A stretch of DNA of 60,661 bases, the filler included, from Bipalium vagum (Eukaryota), in assembly GCA_037834085.1 (NCBI GenBank). It is 3 parts of 3 records of this genome, joined end to end, with 100 filler letters (N's around TTAATTAATTAA, not from the genome) between each part and the next. Parts side by side here need not be neighbours in the genome. Positions count along the whole stretch, not along the records: positions 40,263 to 60,661 come from JBBMKC010254152.1; 2 more parts are not named here. The stretch is one strand, 5' to 3'. Below the pieces are notes generated by a model. It had not been told where the DNA came from. It saw only the letters and a program-made list of their open reading frames with translations, and searched no databases. Positions within the stretch are counted from its first letter, which is position 1. Every line of letters starts with the position of its first letter. This document shows, piece after piece, positions 53,701 through 60,661 of this stretch. A program made the position numbers and the translations under genes.

Positions 53701-56700
53701 CATTCGAATATTAAAGCAAAAATATATTTTGATATAAATAATTCTTAATATATAGTTAATAATTTACGGTTAATAATAATAGTTAATAATTAAATATATG
53801 TAATGATTTCATAGAAGCTTTCCATGTATTACATTTAACTATTGAAATCGGCATTTCATATGAGAACCTAATAAATTTCATGGAACCAATTATTATTTTA
53901 AAAAAGAATATGGTGGAACGAAAAATAAAATCGTTTATTTATTGCGTCATTGCAAAAGTTCGTGCCCAATTTTTAATTACTTTATTACAAACCAGAATCG
54001 GAACGTTATAACTACTGTTTTATATTAATATGAATCACATTGCATAGGCGATATTATCAGGTATTATTTTAAGTTAAATGTTTTTTTAAATAACATATTT
54101 ACCTTACCGGATTATTTAAAATATGAATATAGATAAAATACATTTACGTTATTTAATATTATATGAATTTCATAAAGGTGTAAGTTTTGGAAATGCGTAT
54201 AAAAACTTTCGTGGTGTTTATTTGGATGGCGCTCCTTCACTAAGAACTATTAAGAAATTGTTTCAACACGATAATGCCAAATCCCAAATTGCATATTAAA
54301 CCTTAGGAAAACTAAGAGAGTTAGAATATGAAATTTTGCAGTACCCTCCTTACTCATCAGTCATGGGACCAACAGATTTTCATCTTCAAACAACGGTTTG
54401 AGTGGAAAGAAGTTTTGTTCTGAAGAAAGCTAAAGCGAATTGTTTAAACCTGGGATCGAAAAACTTCTATATCTTTTGAAACTAATTGTAGAGATAAATG
54501 GTGACTATGTTAATGATAAAAAAATCATTTTATTAAAATTTTGACTTTTTCCATTTGACTTTAAATTATTAAACAATATTTTTTCCTTTTTTCACAATCA
54601 CTTAATCTAACAGAAAAGCTTAATTATATGATTTTTAAAATCTTCTGCTAACTACTACCTTTTATATAAACAAATATTCCTAATAATAAAAATGAATTGT
54701 GGACTCTTCGCCTTTATATATTGTTAAGAGAACTCAAAGTATTAACAATAATACCTTCCAGATCTACATTAATGGAAAAATTATAATTAACATAATATAT
54801 TAGGTCTACAAATATGACTCCGCCGTTTTTACCCTTATTTAAAATCAAATAAATAAAAAACAGCCAAAGCAGATTTATAAAAGATTTTTATTAAAAATAT
54901 TTTCATTTTAATTTTCATTATAAAAAATAAATACGGCGGAGTCATATTTGTAGACCTAATATAATATTTTGCAAAGAGATAAAAATTATCCATGTTATGA
55001 TCATTATTTATTTATTTAACTTCTTTTTTTAAAAAAATACAAAATAAAGGAGATTAATCTAAACTTCACAAAAAGAAATTTTTCAATTAAATATTTCGAC
55101 TGATCTTCAAAAGAAAATAATAAATATAATTTATCTAAAACTTATTTAAGTGTAATTAAAAATTAATTTTCAATGAGAATATGAACGTATGATAATATTC
55201 AGAATTTCCCCTTTGAAAAACGGATATGTTACAGATTCATTGTAATTTACTTATCAAACTGATGCCTTTTGTGAAATAATTTTCCCGAGAACGATTTATA
55301 ATTTCCATATGTAAATCAATATTTAAAGTTGGCCAATTCGCAAACAATCCTTTTGAAAGATTTTTCTTTTATCTTATCTTGTTTTAATACACCAAATCTC
55401 TTAGATATAGTTTCTGTATAATTTGAGATATAAATCGTGATTTTTCTACAGAAATATTGATGAAACTTTTTTACAAATTACTTAAGATTTTTAAATGTTT
55501 AATATTAATTTATATATAATTTTTATATAATAATTAAATTAATAACAAAATTCAGGTAGTTTTAATAAATTAAAATTAGATAATTGTCAGCTATTGATAG
55601 ACGGAAATTGAAGGCAAGAAATACCATTTACTCTCCTAAATCATTATATTTTGGCTTTGCGACTGTGAGATAAATTGAAAATTAGTCGGGAGATGTAGCT
55701 CAGCGATCAGTGCAGTCCAGACCCTTGGTTCGAATCCCGGTATCTCAGATTAATTTTCCACTAGCAGTGACCATTGCTGTTTTTTACCAAATTTAAATCC
55801 TGATATCTCAGGTATTTTTATCCACTAAAGTTTCCCTTTAGAGCAAAAATTACTCTCTGGATCATAATCCTTGCAATTATATATATGTTCCAGTCATTAC
55901 AACATGATCTTGTAAATTACCGATTGAAAAATATGAAAGAAGTACCAATTTTGATCAATCTATTCTTTGGCTAGAGGCAGAAAGAGTATTTTCATAAAAA
56001 CATTCTTTATTCACAAAATAAGCATATAAATGAAAATCGCATATATTTTGATCAAAAAGTTTATGGCAGTTTGATTTTTATTGAAAATGACGAGAACTTT
56101 CGCAAAACCTTGGTCAATTTTATTTTTGTCCTGTATCGTATTTATTATATTTATTATTATTTTAGTAAGCGTAAATTAAAATTTGAGATTTAAAATTTTC
56201 TTTATAAAACATGTTATATTTATTTATTATTTCTTAGTTTCTCTTATAATATGATTTTTTTTCGATACATTACTCCTTTGACAAAGAAATAGAACAGAAA
56301 AAGCAGAAATCAAAAAATTTTTGTTTCTTTAATATGTATAAGCCTGACTAAATTTTATAAAATCTTGAGAAAAAAATTATTATTTAATTTATATTTTGCA
56401 TATTTAACGTTTTAATTAATTGTATGATAATTATATTCTAATGAGATGCATATTATCATAAAATCAATAATAATATTTAATAATTTTAAGCAAATTAAAA
56501 AATATAAAAATATCTCATTTGTAAAATATAAACTGACACGATTATATTTTTCAATTATTAAAAACTAGCAAGCCCAGTTTATCTAATAAAACAGTATTTT
56601 TTCTATTTTGAAACCGAATTGAAAAAGAAAAAAATTCAAATAAACAATTAGAAAAAAGATAATTAATTAATATTAATAAAGTGTGTTTCTAAAGAAGTAG

Positions 56701-59700
56701 CAAGAAGTTTGAACAAAAATAAATTTTAAAACCATAAATAATATTTTATATGAAAAACGAAGAAAAGGTGTACAAACTAATATTTTAAACAATACATCAT
56801 AAGCACCTTTATTACAAATCCGGCTTAGTTTCTTTGCCAATTGTTAAATACCGATTTTCCATGATTTTGAGCCACTCTCTTGGATATTCTGGACCAACTG
56901 ATTTTAAAATTTTAAGATTATATTGTTTCTTAACACTGTTTAAATTCTCTTTTAGTTAAACCCCATAAATTTTCGATAGAACGCGCGTAAGATAAGTTAT
57001 GGGGATTTTTTTTGTTTCGATACATATTTTATGTTATTATTCTCTAATTCCTCAAATGCATTTATTGTATAATGTATGAAGACAAAATCTGACCAAAAGA
57101 AGACATTTTCGGTTGTCTAAAGTATGCGCTACTACTTTAGAAACACTATTTTTAAATAATTTTTAAACCTGCTCTACAATAATCAAAGATTAAATTTTGT
57201 GAAATGGAAACTTTCTACAATTGTCTTCTTAAATAAAAATATATATAACTTTTACTTCAAAAATTAATATTTAAAAAAATTTTTTTTATTTATTTTATCG
57301 ACATGGGAATTTGTATAAAATATAATATAATTCTAAATACTCATGATTTATATTCGTGATAATATTTATAATTAAAATATACCTTGTAAGTTTGCAAAGA
57401 TTTCTTTTCTGGATTAACCATTTGGATTATGTATCCCGTAATAGGTCCATTGGAATAAATAACATCTATAGGTTCCCATTGTACATGAAAAGTGACATTG
57501 TCAATAAATTTATAGTTCTTGATTTTCGGTGCTTTCTCAGGAATATTGTCAAATGTTAAAACGGTTTTAGTTTTACTGTCTCGTCCAGAAATTCGCCCAA
57601 CCTTGATGTGATCAATGAACGTCTCGATCTTAATTTCATAGCATCTGAACGGTTTTAGACCACCAATAATGGCACTTGATCGTGATTTTTCACGACTTAC
57701 TCCTCTCTTGACTATTGTTTTTTTCACTCTATTTTGATCGTTCGACAATAGACTGTCATATCCATTAGCCAGGTCTTCAATGTTGTAATTGTCTTTATTG
57801 TTTAGGCATGAAAACAATGAAGCCGTTTTTTTCTCTGTCATAAGAAAACATCGTTTAAGTGACACTCTTTCAGCTTTTATAATAAATCCCGATATGCTGC
57901 GTAATATTGAATTCCCTTTAACTTTCCAAGACAGTTGTACATGCTTAGAGCTAATTGTTACTAATTTCACAGAAAAGACTTCAATCTCTTGGAAGGCTTT
58001 GTGAAATTCTGCGAAAGATGTAGACAGGGCTATTGTGGGCTTATTCAATGTATACACAACATCAGATAATACACTAACATCACCAACAGTATGGTTATTA
58101 ATTGACCTCACAGAAATCATATATCCTGTATCGGGCTTGAGATCTTTAATAAAAGCATTCTTTTGTGTTGTAGTCAAAACTTCAATCCAATTGTTAGTGT
58201 ATTGTTCGGCTATTTCAACTCGAAAAGATAAAGGTAACTCCTCTTGCAAAAATTCCCATTTTATAAGGATATAAATATCACCGACAAACTCTACTGAAAT
58301 ATTTTTCGTAGTCTTCAATATTTCATGTTTCTTACTGATCAAAAACTCATTGTTGACTTCAGAGTAACTTTTTACGCTGAGATAAGCCGATTTCTCACTA
58401 AAATATTTTTTACCCAATGCTCTACAGGTATACATTGCCGAATCCTGAATTTTGCAATTAACAATTTTTAAATCACCATTCTTTAATATCTGAAGGCGAC
58501 CTCTGGCAGATGTATCTCCAATGATTCTTAAAGATTGTTTATACCATGTAACAGAGGAAACGGGGTTCAAAACTTGGCATTTCAGAACGACGGTCGCTCC
58601 TTCAAGAGTGGTTATATTTTGTGGAATTTTATTAATAATTGGGGGAAATATATCAAACGGACTTTCAACGACCAAGTTCCCTTGTGTTCTTGAAATGCCA
58701 ACAAATGACACTGCGTAACAATAATATCTTCCGCGGTCATTTGGGCGGACGGATGAAATTGAAAGAGTACCGTTCTCAAAAACATTTATGCGATCATTGT
58801 TATCCAGATCAGGTAACAAATATTTATTTTCATGCCACCAAAACACTTTTGGAGTAGGTATTCCGGAAGCAGAACATCGCAGAAAAATACTGTCTCCAAC
58901 TTTAGCTCTAATATTTTCCGGGGTTTCGATAAATGAAGGAAAAGAAATCACAGATAATTGATAGATAATTTCCGTAATTCCACCATGGTTTCTAGCACGA
59001 CATACATATGAACCGGAATCTTCGAGTCTGACATTATTTATGACCATACTGCAATTGGTGGAGAGGGAAGTTCGAGATAAGCTGAGATCGTTTTTATTAG
59101 ATGCCAATTTATACCATTGAATAAACATTGGGCTGTCTCCAATAACATGGCAAGGAAAGAAGACGTGTGAGCCAACCATAATATGTAAATGTTTTGGCAA
59201 AATTTGAAATATAGGTTTTTGGAATATAGTCAATTCTATAGATGAACTTCGTCTTGTAAATACAAGATTTTTTGCTTCGCACCAATAAAATCCAGCATCA
59301 GATCTTTGAATATTGTCAATTCGAAGGTTGTTATTACTGTCCAGTTTGAATCTTGGATTGTTTATTGACAAGTTCGACTTCCATTCAACTTTCGGTTTTG
59401 GTAGCCCATCAGGAGCCGAACATTGCAATAAAACTGTTGTACCTGGGCTTGCATATCTTTTGCTATTATTTGATTCTGGAAAATTGTGCAAAAATGCAAT
59501 TTTTACAATAGATTTTTCAGACAATGTATGTCCAAAGGTATTTGAAACATTACATTGATATTGACCTTCGCTTTCTTGATTAAGTTGAATGACTAAGGGG
59601 TTTGCAACAGAATGTAAAGGAGAATTATCCTTAATCCAAGATATTCTGTCCGATGGATCACTTGAGTCACATCTTAAGCTTATTTGCTGATTTAATAAAC

Positions 59701-59797
59701 CGTAGACATCTGAAGAAAACTGGATAATCTTTGGTTTCTGATTTGCATATGATTGATAAAAAAGGATAAGAAATATAAATTGTATATTAAAACACAT
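50787..59797 (-). CDS. robo: Roundabout (Robo)-like receptor: signal peptide, 5 Ig, 3 FN3, TM, cytoplasmic tail; exons 59797-57383, 51668-50909, 50830-50787 (1072 aa; 1098 aa if the last 78-nt intron is retained)
   Basis: Hydrophobic N-terminal signal and five Ig domains (C...W...GxYxC). FN3 motifs LKPDTGY, GLKPFRCYEI and NGPITGYII. TM WAWVVVSGIICGTIVTFAIIFMIC, CC1-like LAYASSNII and CC2-like LIPPPPMYPPP. The phase-0 GT-AG intron 57382-51669 joins YK|VPAK in frame. The terminal exon is less certain. Confidence 0.88.
54150..54525 (+). mobile_element. Internally deleted mariner relic in Robo intron 1
   Basis: YEFHKG...APSLRTIKKLF fused directly to HDNAK; YEILQYPPYSSVMGPTDFHL. Confidence 0.75.
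54800..54959. mobile_element. 160-nt mariner-type MITE
   Basis: Perfect 27-nt TIR TTAGGTCTACAAATATGACTCCGCCGT at both ends, TA on both flanks, AT-rich non-coding interior. Confidence 0.95.
55689..55830 (+). pseudogene. tRNA(Ala)-like pseudogene / tRNA-derived SINE head with a degenerate duplicated 3' part
   Basis: GGAGATGTAGCTCAG (A box) ... GGTTCGAATCC (B box) ... GGTATCTC. Acceptor stem GAGATG/TATCTC, but only ~58 nt with no proper anticodon arm. TTCGAATCCCGGTATCTCAG..TTTTCCACTA recurs degenerately at ~55791-55827. Confidence 0.7.
56800..57010 (-). mobile_element. Tc1-like transposase C-terminal fragment
   Basis: RSIENLWGLTKR (PIENLW motif). Confidence 0.55.
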
Positions 59798-60590
59798 TAC
59801 AAGAACCTATAACGGTAAAACGATTTGAAAAATAAATTAAAATATCTCAAAAAATTCAAGGTCATTGAATAAAAAAATATGTAAAATTGACTTTTATGAA
59901 CAAAGTGCTAATTCAATTTAATATTTTAAAAAAATTATAAATATATTTTATCAAAGAATTTTGTAAATATTTTTGCAAATTTATAAATCTTTAGCAAACT
60001 ATTTTTTAAAAGTATTAAAAAGTTATTAAAATTATTTAGAAGTATGATAATATTTACATAATATAAGTTAACGTTTTTTTAATATACAGCATTACCAAAA
60101 TTTCTATTTTCATTGAAAATATAAGCCAAGTACAATTTTGAATTTAGAATAAGTTTATAAAAATAATAAAATTTTTAATTTGGTTAAATTTTGAACTAAA
60201 AGTTAATCTTATAATTATTTAACATATAAAAGTAAAAAATAGATTTTAGAGGGTTTTGCTAACTTTCATATGATCAGTTGAAATTTCTAATGAACTTAAG
60301 ATAAAATTTGGTTAAAAATTATTATTAAGAATAATAAGCAAATTCTGAAATTATAATATATGTAACTTTAAGACTTTAACCGTTTTTAGCTCATAATAAA
60401 TGGTGACATACGTTTTAGTAAAAATTCTAATAAACTGTATCAAGAATTATCAAATAATTTCTATTGCTGGGTTAGCCAAGGGTATATCCCTTTTAATCAT
60501 CTTAAAATTGTAGTTTGAAGATCACTAAAAGGTTTAGAATATTTATAATAATTATAAATTAATTATTAAGACTGCAAAATGGTCAGAAAT

Positions 60591-60592
<2 letters not shown>

Positions 60593-60661
<69 letters not shown>
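60593..60661. repeat. (AAT)n microsatellite at the window end
   Basis: Direct observation. Confidence 0.95.

Noticed and set aside
4651-59797. Septin + DOCK + Robo as an axon-guidance/cytoskeleton gene cluster
   Set aside because: Robo is two artificial joins away and the DOCK gene does not continue across the first join, so linkage is unsupported.
60593-60661. (AAT)n as a telomeric repeat
   Set aside because: The same microsatellite occurs internally and at the other contig ends; assembly break point.
1-60661. Non-standard genetic code, non-canonical introns, CRISPR or prokaryotic systems
   Set aside because: The three main genes translate with the standard code, end in TAG, TGA and TAA, and use GT-AG introns. 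No repeat-spacer arrays or operon-like prokaryotic ORFs.

Overview
Eukaryotic, very AT-rich animal genomic DNA (invertebrate bilaterian by gene content; taxon not determinable from the window). It is three contigs (1-23849, 23950-40162, 40263-60661) joined by identical artificial 100-nt spacers (44 N + TTAATTAATTAA + 44 N). I reconstructed spliced genes by hand. These are a complete SEPT7-like septin (minus strand, 4 coding exons, 501 aa), the 3' ~790 codons of a DOCK-D/zizimin (DOCK9/10/11-like) GEF (minus strand, 14 exons, 5' part absent), and a Roundabout-like receptor (minus strand, ~1070 aa, almost the whole ectodomain in one 2.4-kb exon). There is also one orphan GLTP-like exon that the ORF track misses, and possibly the 5' end of another gene at the left edge. 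Non-coding space is full of decayed cut-and-paste DNA transposons (mariner, Tc1, Merlin, probable MULE), plus two short TIR-bounded elements and a tRNA-derived SINE-like head. I found no convincing wholly new biological system. The best leads are the intron-poor Robo with a reduced Ig1 and an FN3 insertion, a mariner carrying an inverted copy of its own sequence, Merlin relics, and lineage-specific insertions in the DOCK protein. All family assignments rest on recalled motifs, not database searches.
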